A DNA stretch of 64,000 bases from a virus. Lineage: Duplodnaviria; Heunggongvirae; Uroviricota; Caudoviricetes. The notes beneath the pieces are model-generated. The model was not told where the DNA came from and did no database searches. It saw only the letters and a program-made list of their open reading frames with translations. How positions within the stretch are numbered: the first letter of the stretch is position 1; each line of letters begins with the position of its first letter. The stretch lies in IMG/VR virus record IMGVR_UViG_3300031565_000009; one strand, 5' to 3'. Shown piece after piece: positions 1 to 7,897 of this stretch. The position numbers were made by a program, and so were the translations under genes.

Positions 1-45
1 TCATTAACGGCCTCGATAGTCGCTTGGGCCTCTTCTCTCGTGAAA

Positions 46-252
46 TCACCTTGAGCCATTGGAGCCTCGGGGGTTTGTCTTTTTGCACTCTTCGCAGTAG
101 TGGCAGTCACCATCAACGAGCCAGCCGATGCTCTTCAGGTAGCAGGCGGCATTGCGCTCGTCCCAGCCCTTGCCGGCCGTGGCGGTCAACTGAACGATCT
201 CGACTTGATGGCAACCGTCGCAGGTCGCTTCAACGTAGGCATCGGACAACAT
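46..252 (-). CDS. small Cys-rich (Zn-ribbon-like) protein
   Basis: 68-aa ORF carrying CDGC...CHYCEEC. It lies downstream of promoter-like element 1. An alternative ATG at 323 in another frame gives ~50 aa. Confidence 0.25.
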   Translation of the reverse strand: MLSDAYVEATCDGCHQVEIVQLTATAGKGWDERNAACYLKSIGWLVDGDCHYCEECKKTNPRGSNGSR

Positions 253-343
253 AGAACAACTCGTAGAATCTCTTTTCGCGGGTCGATGTGCGCGTGGCCG
301 TAGTAGGGGTAGTAGTCGCGCATGGTCTCGTGAAACAGCACGC

Positions 344-390
344 CTCTATAAGAGTCGGGGTCAAAAGCACCTGGGTCGGGTCAACTTTTC
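344..390 (-). promoter_or_regulatory. phage promoter-like element copy 1 (TGACCC-N14-TTTTGACCCCGACTCTTATAGAG on minus strand)
   Basis: Plus strand reads ctctataagagtcggggtcaaaa...gggtcaac. Identical core to the copies at 5404, 11357, 14063, 22830 and 60165. Intergenic, downstream of the kinase stop. Confidence 0.55.
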
Positions 391-1043
391 CGCGAAGATT
401 TCGACCGGCGCTTGATATTGTTGGTCTGGATGGGCTCGATGTTGCCCATGCTCACTCCATGCCTCTCCAGTTCCTTTAGTGCTGGCCCCAGATCGTCGGA
501 CACAATATGCGTAAAAGGAACATGCCAGTCGTTCAAACACGTCTCAATGAAACGGTCCATCCCCACCGCCTGAACCAGATTCTCGTAACGGCCACCTTGT
601 TCGTAGGTGTCGGACTGGGCGCGATCCATGAGAAAATTGACAGAGGGGTATTCCTTCTCGAAACGCTTGGCGATCCGCCACAACTCGTTGGCCGCCTTCA
701 TCCGCTTGTGTAAGGCGTACATGCACTGCAAATAGACCGGCGAGTCCGTGACGATAATGTTCACTCCCGCCTGCAAGAGGCGGTCTTCCGTGTGCAACTG
801 CTGAGCGAACGTGTAAACGTAGTCGAACGACTGCATTTGCCTGCCAATGTAAGCCCAGTTCTTCACCCACTCCTGAACAAGTTCCGCCTGGAAACCCTGC
901 TGACGGAGCCAGCCGAACAGCAGGGCGGCCAAGGTGGATTTGCCTACACCAGGTCCACCGTAGATGTTGATCCGCATCATTCTCCCCTCAGTTGTTTCAT
1001 TGTCTGGAGGTAATGCGTTTCGCAGTTGCGGCAATTCCGGCAA
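381..1043 (-). CDS. P-loop NTPase / nucleotide or polynucleotide kinase-like
   Basis: Walker A INIYGGPGVGKSTLAALL resembles the T4 Pnk kinase domain and zeta-toxin/dNK P-loops. The likely true start is MMRINIY near 980; an ATGA overlaps the upstream radical-SAM stop. Confidence 0.5.
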   Translation of the reverse strand: MPELPQLRNALPPDNETTEGRMMRINIYGGPGVGKSTLAALLFGWLRQQGFQAELVQEWVKNWAYIGRQMQSFDYVYTFAQQLHTEDRLLQAGVNIIVTDSPVYLQCMYALHKRMKAANELWRIAKRFEKEYPSVNFLMDRAQSDTYEQGGRYENLVQAVGMDRFIETCLNDWHVPFTHIVSDDLGPALKELERHGVSMGNIEPIQTNNIKRRSKSSRKS

Positions 1044-1819
1044 TAGGCGCTGTCAAGGCTGCTGCACATGGACACCAGCCGATTGCCTGCGTATCGCCCC
1101 ATTACGGCCCGCATGAAACGTGGAGTCGCGCACCAGTAGGAATTGATGTGGCGGACCTTCCACTGGTAGCATTCATCTACCGGCAGCACGGTGGCCGTCT
1201 CGTCCACTTTCGGCTTCTCGGTGTAGTAGGCCATGAAGGTCAGGACTACGGGCACCTGCGCCGCCGTCCAAGCGAGCACTGCTTTGTCGATCAGATGCAA
1301 GTTGGTGCCTGATACCCGCAGACGAACGAACATCAGGTTCGAGGGTGCCCACCAGGACTCCCGATGATACTGTGGGTAATGATACTTCGCGCCGTCTTCC
1401 TCGTGTGGATTGGCCGTCAGAACAACGGGACCCGGGAAGTCGAAACGCGGCACGCTGGTGTTAAAGAAGAATCGCTTATACTGACGGGCTGTCTCGATCA
1501 CCAACTCACGCTGGTTGTTGGAGTCGTTGCCGCAATTCATGCGAACCAGCCCGTCGCCCACTTCCTCCGGGCTTGGAACCAGGGGCATTTGATCCAAGGG
1601 CACGTAGTATGCGCCCGGCCGGTTGAAGAAGCACTGGTTGCAGTCGAACGGGCAGGTGCCAGTTTGCGGAATGCAGTCCCAGAAGTCGGTGCCTTCCTGC
1701 TTGGGGTTTCGTTTCGTGCTCACGACTGATCCTCCGCAATCTGAAGGGCCTCCTCGACCGCCCCGCTTGGCGTATCCCCGTAACCACAGGAGGCATCGGG
1801 GATGATGGGAGCGCCGCAC
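977..1819 (-). CDS. radical SAM enzyme
   Basis: CPFDCNQC is a CxxxCxxC 4Fe-4S/AdoMet cluster motif near the N-terminus. The start is uncertain because it overlaps the upstream gene. Confidence 0.5.
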   Translation of the reverse strand: MRRSHHPRCLLWLRGYAKRGGRGGPSDCGGSVVSTKRNPKQEGTDFWDCIPQTGTCPFDCNQCFFNRPGAYYVPLDQMPLVPSPEEVGDGLVRMNCGNDSNNQRELVIETARQYKRFFFNTSVPRFDFPGPVVLTANPHEEDGAKYHYPQYHRESWWAPSNLMFVRLRVSGTNLHLIDKAVLAWTAAQVPVVLTFMAYYTEKPKVDETATVLPVDECYQWKVRHINSYWCATPRFMRAVMGRYAGNRLVSMCSSLDSAYCRNCRNCETHYLQTMKQLRGE

Positions 1820-2229
1820 TTATTGCAGTTCATGGCACCTTTCGCTAAAGCTGCCATGAAGCAAGGCTCACCGGCCATAGGTGAAAGCACGAAGTCATAG
1901 CCACGCGACACCATCTCGGTGACGCGCTGAAAGAGGCCGGGGTCGTAGATGCCCAGCGGACGAGGCGGGACGGGCTTGTTCTCTCGTGCGTACTGCTGCC
2001 CCTTGTCCGTGATGACGTGGACGATGGCCGTGGTCCCCGTGTCCGTGGGCCGGCGGTTGCCGGTCTTGCGGCAGAGGCCGTTCAATTCCAGGTCGCGGCG
2101 TCGGGTGGGGACATGATTCTTGCTGGCTCCAGTACGGGTAGCCAACTCGGAGTCAGTCAGGCCGTCGTCGCCGGCCTCGTAGAGCAGCTTCAGAAGGATG
2201 TTGCGGATTTTGGGTCGGTCAGCAATCAT
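1720..2229 (-). CDS. winged-helix DNA-binding protein with C-terminal Cys cluster
   Basis: N-terminus LLKLLYEAGDDGLTDSELATRTGASKNHV is an HTH-like segment. The C-terminus carries CNKCGAPIIPDASCGYG. Confidence 0.3.
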   Translation of the reverse strand: MIADRPKIRNILLKLLYEAGDDGLTDSELATRTGASKNHVPTRRRDLELNGLCRKTGNRRPTDTGTTAIVHVITDKGQQYARENKPVPPRPLGIYDPGLFQRVTEMVSRGYDFVLSPMAGEPCFMAALAKGAMNCNKCGAPIIPDASCGYGDTPSGAVEEALQIAEDQS

Positions 2230-2245
2230 GGGTGTTATCTCAGTG

Positions 2246-3157
2246 CTATCTCAAAAGGTGTTGGTTCTCGTTGATGATCTCCGCGATCTCCCGGAGGGCT
2301 CGCAGCGGATCGGCCTCGGTAACGATGCAGCCGGTGAGGCTGCCATAGTGCTCCTCCAGGCAATCGAGGAGAAGCTGCTTGATCTCGTCCTGGCGGGGAC
2401 CCCAGGGAAGGTCGGCCTTCTCATAGAGCCCTTCCAGGAACTTCTCTTTTGCGGCAAAGAAGTCCCTGATCTTCTGTTCGGAGACCTCACCTCGGCGGAT
2501 GGCCTTCAACTCTTCGGCATTGCGCCGCAGGTCCAGGTCGCCCGTGGTGAGAATCTGTTCGATCTCGTACATCAGGCGAACAAGGTGGTAGGCGAACTTC
2601 ACGTCAAAACCATACTGTTCCACCAGGGCGGTCCGCCTGCTGCCCGACTCTGGCGTCCTACCCATTTTCGATAGCTGGCTGTAGGCGTAGCCCTTAAAAC
2701 GGTGCCAGGCCCCCTTGTGCAGGAAGATATGCCGCTTCTCGCGGACCATCTCACCCACCTTCGTGGTGAATAGAACACAGTCGCGCGGCAGGAAGAGGCT
2801 GGCGACCATGTTGGGGTTGTTATCCATCGTGAGATGGAAGTAATGGACCACGTTGTAGATGTTCAGGTCATACTCCCGCCCCTTGCCACCCTGGGCGTCC
2901 TTGTCGAAGACGTGGTGCTTCTGGTAGCAGATGAATCGCTTCTTCTGCCGGCCGAAGCCTTCGATCTCGCCCGCAAGATGCGGGAAGATCATGTCCTTGG
3001 GCGGGATGCACCATCCCACGACATCGAAGTCGCTGGTATCCACGGCCAGGCCGTAGGCATTGGAGCCCTGCACACCCTCGAACTGGATGTTGTCCGGGAG
3101 CCAAGCGGGCGGCGTCAGTAGGCCGCGATCCGTGAGTTGTGAGGTGATGCTCGACAT
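2246..3157 (-). CDS. Pol-beta-superfamily nucleotidyltransferase (PF10127/RlaP-like, from memory)
   Basis: GSNAYGLAVDTSDFDVVG matches the GS...G...SDxD nucleotidyltransferase signature. Its stop abuts the start of the next gene at 3157. Confidence 0.5.
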   Translation of the reverse strand: MSSITSQLTDRGLLTPPAWLPDNIQFEGVQGSNAYGLAVDTSDFDVVGWCIPPKDMIFPHLAGEIEGFGRQKKRFICYQKHHVFDKDAQGGKGREYDLNIYNVVHYFHLTMDNNPNMVASLFLPRDCVLFTTKVGEMVREKRHIFLHKGAWHRFKGYAYSQLSKMGRTPESGSRRTALVEQYGFDVKFAYHLVRLMYEIEQILTTGDLDLRRNAEELKAIRRGEVSEQKIRDFFAAKEKFLEGLYEKADLPWGPRQDEIKQLLLDCLEEHYGSLTGCIVTEADPLRALREIAEIINENQHLLR

Positions 3158-3468
3158 CAGAGGCTCAGCATCTCGGGGAAAGCGGACTCAATGACGTGAG
3201 TTAGGAACTCGTCGCTGGCGGGCACCTCGAACATCCGCTCGGTGTAGCTGGTGTTGTATGTTTGCCAAAAGCCCGCCACCTGGGGTGGTTCTGTCTCGTA
3301 GATCACCAGTTGCTTTGCTGTCGTCTCGCGTGAGAGCACGCATAGCCACATCACGCCATTTTGACAATAGACGACGAACCCGAAGCCTTGGTAAACGGCG
3401 GTAAAGCCTCGGTCCTTCCAGACCCATTGAAGGTTCAGAGTGGCGAGCCGTGATTCAAGGGTGGTCAT
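3157..3468 (-). CDS. hypothetical protein
   Basis: 103-aa ORF tightly packed inside the ligase operon. Confidence 0.3.
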   Translation of the reverse strand: MTTLESRLATLNLQWVWKDRGFTAVYQGFGFVVYCQNGVMWLCVLSRETTAKQLVIYETEPPQVAGFWQTYNTSYTERMFEVPASDEFLTHVIESAFPEMLSL

Positions 3469-3485
3469 TGTTGTACTCCGGTAGT

Positions 3486-4001
3486 TTAGAACTCGTAGTC
3501 AAGTTGCTTGATGATCGCTGTGAACTTCTCGCGGACACGTTCCTTCCGGCGATGGTCATAGAACTCGCGGTAGTGCCGACCGTTTCGGAAGTGGCCAACA
3601 TTGCGGTGTGGCAGCGACGTGTGCGGCAGCCCGGCATCCTTGAGGAAGGCGGCCCAGTCGGCGTCCAGGTTCTCGAAGTGCAGGACGTGGGTTGCATACG
3701 GCAGGCCGAAGAAGAGCCCCTGCTGCACCAGGCGGTTAGTGTTGGTTATCCAGCCGTCAAACCATGTCTCGAATAGCGGGAACTTCGGTATTACGCTGTG
3801 GTAGTGGAAATACCAACTGACGACGGTATCCCACGGATTGCGAACAGTGGCCCCGATAATGCGCAGGCCAGTCAACCAGGGCTCGCGAATTTCGTGATGG
3901 TTGCCGCACTCCTCAAAGCCCAGTTCCATCAGACAGGCGGCGGCCGACTGGCTGCCCGTCTTCGGGTGAGCGATGAAGCCTATGTCATTGAGGAGGTACA
4001 T
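3486..4001 (-). CDS. sulfotransferase-like protein
   Basis: HPKTGSQS resembles the 5'-PSB motif PKSGTT. VRNPWDTVVSWYFHY resembles the 3'-PB motif RDPxDxxxSxY. Confidence 0.45.
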   Translation of the reverse strand: MYLLNDIGFIAHPKTGSQSAAACLMELGFEECGNHHEIREPWLTGLRIIGATVRNPWDTVVSWYFHYHSVIPKFPLFETWFDGWITNTNRLVQQGLFFGLPYATHVLHFENLDADWAAFLKDAGLPHTSLPHRNVGHFRNGRHYREFYDHRRKERVREKFTAIIKQLDYEF

Positions 4002-4046
4002 GGCGGCTCTTCAATGAGTGCAAAGCAGGAATGGTTGATCGACTCT

Positions 4047-4253
4047 TCACAGACAGCGTTTTCGGTCCCAGCCTGAGAAAACAATGCCCAAGGTTCCGAA
4101 GAACCAGGCGGTGGCGAACACAACGAGGCTTATAGCAGTGGGTATCAACCCACCACGAACACAGCCATCAGTAATGATGCCAACGCACGCCAGTCCCATG
4201 ATGAAGGTCAAAATGAACCAGGCTCTAAGCCCACACGGACAATTGGACTTCAC
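4047..4253 (-). CDS. small membrane protein (2 TM)
   Basis: 68 aa and hydrophobic. Its start overlaps the ligase stop (4250/4253). Confidence 0.3.
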   Translation of the reverse strand: MKSNCPCGLRAWFILTFIMGLACVGIITDGCVRGGLIPTAISLVVFATAWFFGTLGIVFSGWDRKRCL

Positions 4254-5377
4254 TCCATGCCCCTCCGTCGCCAGAATCTTGCTTCCTTCGGGATGCCGTC
4301 GTCGCTTAACTCGCGATACTTGAACGTCACGGTCTGGCCAACCTTAAACTGTTTCCCCTGGAAGCCTGTGGGCATATCTTCACCCGGGTGGAAGGTGGCG
4401 TGAGCCGACATCCATCCTTCGGCAAATTCTCGTTCGGCATCAGTGAGCCCGGACAGTTCGAGCCGCTTGCCCTGATAGTTGGTGATGAGCGCCCCGATCT
4501 TCCCCAAAAGCCGGCTGCCTTTGTTGGTCTTACGGCCGGAGGTGAAGCCCGTCACGGTCGCCTCGGCGTCACTGAAAGGCTTGTACTTCAAGAGCCCGCG
4601 ATGCCGCTTGGGTGTCCAGAGCGTCTTCGGGCCGCGAATCACGACACCCTCGCCGCCCTGGTCCAGCACCTTTTCCAGATAGGCTTCCACCTGATTGGCG
4701 GCCTCGACTGGCATGTCGATCAGCCTGGTCTGCGGGTGCATGTAGCACCGTGAGTCAGGATCGCAGTTATCCAGGGCCGTCTGCATGAATCGCAACTCGT
4801 CAGCGAAGACGGACCCAGGCGGCAGGTAGTGGAAGTCGCCTCGCTGCTTCCAGTCACGGCCAAAAACTTCAAGCCGTTGCCGGACCCAGTGCTCGATGGT
4901 GATGTAGTCGATGGGGACCACCATGTTGGCGTTCTTGATCTGCCCCGTCTGAAACACGGAAGCCAGCGGCGGGCTGGAATAGACGGCGAACGTGATCTGG
5001 TCAAAGCGGGGATCGGGCGTATCCCCGGCGCAAATCGAGCGGCAAAGCTGGAAGTTTCCGCGTCCGGCCCATAACTCACCGTCCAACGGACAAGCGGGAA
5101 GCTGGTTCAGGAACCACTCGGGGGCCATGATCGGGTTGCCGTAGCGGCTCCAGAGGCCCGTGGCGACCGGCTTGATCTTGGCTTTCCGCTTCCCAGTCTT
5201 CGGGTCGATGGTATTTGCATAGGGCACCCGCTCGGTCAGGAGGCCACGGGAAAGTCCGCCATCCCAAAAGCAGCGCGTGCCATCCAGCTTCTCTGAGATC
5301 AACCAGCCGGCTACGTCGCTCTTTTCCGGCTTGTAGTGGTTGGCCAGTTGCAGTAGTTCGCGTTTGGTGCTTGACAT
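4250..5377 (-). CDS. ATP-dependent DNA (or RNA) ligase
   Basis: Motif I is EKLDGTRC (KxDGxR). The size fits an adenylation domain plus OB domain. Promoter-like element 2 lies ~25 nt upstream of its ATG. Confidence 0.75.
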   Translation of the reverse strand: MSSTKRELLQLANHYKPEKSDVAGWLISEKLDGTRCFWDGGLSRGLLTERVPYANTIDPKTGKRKAKIKPVATGLWSRYGNPIMAPEWFLNQLPACPLDGELWAGRGNFQLCRSICAGDTPDPRFDQITFAVYSSPPLASVFQTGQIKNANMVVPIDYITIEHWVRQRLEVFGRDWKQRGDFHYLPPGSVFADELRFMQTALDNCDPDSRCYMHPQTRLIDMPVEAANQVEAYLEKVLDQGGEGVVIRGPKTLWTPKRHRGLLKYKPFSDAEATVTGFTSGRKTNKGSRLLGKIGALITNYQGKRLELSGLTDAEREFAEGWMSAHATFHPGEDMPTGFQGKQFKVGQTVTFKYRELSDDGIPKEARFWRRRGME

Positions 5378-5403
5378 GCCAGGGCTCCGGGGTGTAGATC
5401 GCT

Positions 5404-5450
5404 CTCTATAAGAGTCGGGGTCAAAACGGCTCCTGGTGGCTCACAGATTT
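5404..5450 (-). promoter_or_regulatory. phage promoter-like element copy 2
   Basis: Plus strand reads ctctataagagtcggggtcaaaacggctcctggtggctcaca. It lies between the HAD nucleotidase stop and the ligase start. Confidence 0.6.
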
Positions 5451-6013
5451 TTCAATCCCGTTAGATGTAGGAGACCGGCCGACAAATAAGGGCGTGGCTC
5501 TTGACCCCAGGCAGCATTCCAGGGCCTTGGGAATCGCAGAACCTCCCCACCCGCTGCCTCAAACTTGCGGCAGTTTTTCTCGTTGTCGTCGATTAGAAGA
5601 GCGCCACGCTGGGCTAGCTTCCACTTCCGGGGCGTGATGAAGAATTGTCGGTGTATCCACTTAGGCAGATGGACATGAATCCACTCCAGCTTGCCAGCCA
5701 GACAGTCAGGGTCCTTCGTGGGACTGGTAGCAATGTAGATTTCACGACCAACAGCGCGTTTACACGCCTTCAGCAGCCAACAACATTCGGCGGACCTGGG
5801 TGTTTCCGCCCAGACCTGCCGTGAGATTGCCTGCCAGAAGGTAGTGCGCGTGTACTTTCGACCTAGCATCCGGTTTGCTGCCAGCACGATGTCCAGCCTG
5901 CCCGGGTAAGTGCTGTAGTCATCCGCCGCAATGGGAGCACCGAGATGTTGGAGGATGTACGGTGCGAGCGTATTGAGAACATCATCAAGATCGAGATAGA
6001 TAGTGTGAATCAT
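5441..6013 (-). CDS. HAD-family 5'(3')-deoxyribonucleotidase-like phosphatase
   Basis: N-terminal IYLDLDDVL is the DxDx(V/T) HAD motif I of the NT5C type. The Pnkp 3'-phosphatase domain is also HAD-type. Confidence 0.5.
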   Translation of the reverse strand: MIHTIYLDLDDVLNTLAPYILQHLGAPIAADDYSTYPGRLDIVLAANRMLGRKYTRTTFWQAISRQVWAETPRSAECCWLLKACKRAVGREIYIATSPTKDPDCLAGKLEWIHVHLPKWIHRQFFITPRKWKLAQRGALLIDDNEKNCRKFEAAGGEVLRFPRPWNAAWGQEPRPYLSAGLLHLTGLKNL

Positions 6014-6642
6014 CGAAGTTGACTCAGTTTCCTTTCCACTTGTTTCTGGAGTCGTTTAGAGAGGCGGTAAACACTGCGGAGAGAAATCCCCGTCTCGCAG
6101 GCGATCTCTTCGTTGCTGTATCCTTCTTTGCGCATTTCCACAAAACGCCTCTCTCGGTCATCCTTGCAACAGGACATCAGCAAGTCTTCAGCGTCGATCC
6201 AGTCGATTTCCTGGTTGCTTCTGCCAAGTTCAGCAAGTGCCTCCTGCTGCGGCAATTTGCGGTCGGTTCCACGGGTGCGGTAGTGGGTGAAACGCGAGTA
6301 GTAGACCATCACCTCGGAGTCAACTACTTGTCCGAAAGCGTTGTTGATGGCAGCTATCAAGTAGCCTGAAGGCTTCTCGATGGTTGAATCGCGACACAGG
6401 GCTTCAACAGCCTCGATAAGGCAGAGGAAGCCTTGACCAACAAGATCGTTACGTAGATAGGACAGCCTCGGGGTATTGCGAAGGAAGCATTCAACCTTCG
6501 ACAGTACGAGAGGCATGTTGCTTTCGATCAAAGTCCGCTTGGCTGCTTCATCGCCCAAGCAGGCTCGTTGATGTAAATAAGTGTTGGTATCAATGTCTGA
6601 TGGTTCAGTCATTTGCGATACAAGAAGACTGTTGTAGGCCAC
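6010..6642 (-). CDS. sigma-70 family (ECF/FliA-like) sigma factor
   Basis: DLVGQGFLCLIEAVEAL resembles region 2.2. SNEEIACETGISLRSVYRLSKR resembles the region-4 HTH. Confidence 0.5.
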   Translation of the reverse strand: MAYNSLLVSQMTEPSDIDTNTYLHQRACLGDEAAKRTLIESNMPLVLSKVECFLRNTPRLSYLRNDLVGQGFLCLIEAVEALCRDSTIEKPSGYLIAAINNAFGQVVDSEVMVYYSRFTHYRTRGTDRKLPQQEALAELGRSNQEIDWIDAEDLLMSCCKDDRERRFVEMRKEGYSNEEIACETGISLRSVYRLSKRLQKQVERKLSQLR

Positions 6643-6651
6643 GTTGCCCTC

Positions 6652-7185
6652 CTAGTAGATGCGGTCAACGCGCCAGGCGCATTGTGGGAAGAAACTCTGC
6701 TCCTCGCAGGCTTCCAAACCGAAGGCATACTCGTAGCCGTTGGGATCATAGAGGAAGCCGTGATCGTAGGCGGCGGCATGGCCAACCATGCCGGTCATGG
6801 GCACACCACGGAGGCCGGTAACAACGCCACGACTTAGAAGAATCACGTCGCCGAAGGCACACTGGTTGTCGTCGCTCTCGGTTGTAACCACATAGTTCTC
6901 ATAGCCCGGCCTGGGTGGCGCGATCTGCGGGAACATCTCGCAGGGTGTGACAGCGTAGCCATAGTTCAAAGCGAGGCGAATCACCTCTTGGATATGCACG
7001 CCGCGCCAACACAGAGGTTCCGGGAGGCCGGGGAAAATCACGTCATGCCAACCTCTGAGTTGGGACAGGAGGCTTTCCACAGGCATGTCGAGAGCCATTG
7101 CGAATGAGGTTGGCAGGCAGAGACCTTGGGCTGGCATTACTTGCAATTGCATCAGCGCATACTCCCAGCGCAGTTGAAGTTTCAT
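6652..7185 (-). CDS. putative papain-like cysteine peptidase
   Basis: QGLCLPTSFAMAL supplies a candidate catalytic Cys. MVGHAAAYDHGFLYDPNG supplies a candidate His and Asp/Asn. Confidence 0.3.
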   Translation of the reverse strand: MKLQLRWEYALMQLQVMPAQGLCLPTSFAMALDMPVESLLSQLRGWHDVIFPGLPEPLCWRGVHIQEVIRLALNYGYAVTPCEMFPQIAPPRPGYENYVVTTESDDNQCAFGDVILLSRGVVTGLRGVPMTGMVGHAAAYDHGFLYDPNGYEYAFGLEACEEQSFFPQCAWRVDRIY

Positions 7186-7197
7186 GGACGGGGTGAG

Positions 7198-7656
7198 CTA
7201 TTGCTGTGCGCGATGCTCGCGCACTAGCTCGTCGATTAGCGCGTCAACGTCAGGTAATTCGCCCCAGGAGGGTTTCCAGTATTGCCGCCAGTTGGGCGGG
7301 GCGAACAACTTGTTGTATTCCTCTTGTGTGGCGGCGGTGAGAATCCAGATACAGACGCCCTTCTGCTCCCACTCGGGCCACTTCCGCTTTTGCTGCTTCG
7401 TGAACGAGTAGCGCTTTGGCTGCTTTACGTCGATCCAGCGATAGCTCCACTTCGGGTGATGGCAGTAAAGGTCAGGGATGCCCATCTGATAGGCGTTGCC
7501 AATCATCCGTTCAACAAGCCACCCACGAGCCTTCAGATACTCCACCACGTCTTGCTGGATGTACCATTCCGGCCCGTGCTTGGGCCGGCGGATTTTGCTC
7601 ATGGCATCTTCCAGGCCAGCCGCTTTGTGAGCCGGCGGAACATGCCTTGGTGCCAT
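7198..7656 (-). CDS. VRR-NUC domain nuclease
   Basis: VVEYLKARGWLVERMIGNAYQMGIPDLYC carries the GxPDL and K motifs of VRR-NUC. Confidence 0.55.
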   Translation of the reverse strand: MAPRHVPPAHKAAGLEDAMSKIRRPKHGPEWYIQQDVVEYLKARGWLVERMIGNAYQMGIPDLYCHHPKWSYRWIDVKQPKRYSFTKQQKRKWPEWEQKGVCIWILTAATQEEYNKLFAPPNWRQYWKPSWGELPDVDALIDELVREHRAQQ

Positions 7657-7897
7657 TCCCAGATGCGGAAGGCGTCACAGCGGTGCTGGCACTGGAGCCG
7701 AGCCAGCGTGCTGGCGACATAGGAACGCGCAACCTTGGCCGCCGAGGCGGCATCGTTGCCGATCACAGGCCGGCAGACGAGGCCCAAAAGCCACCACGGC
7801 CTGGTGATACACCAGTTGTACTTCGGGTAGTAGTTCCCAATATGCTCCCAGGAGCCGTCCGCGCATCGGGCCTCAATCTCATAGTGGTTGATGTAGC

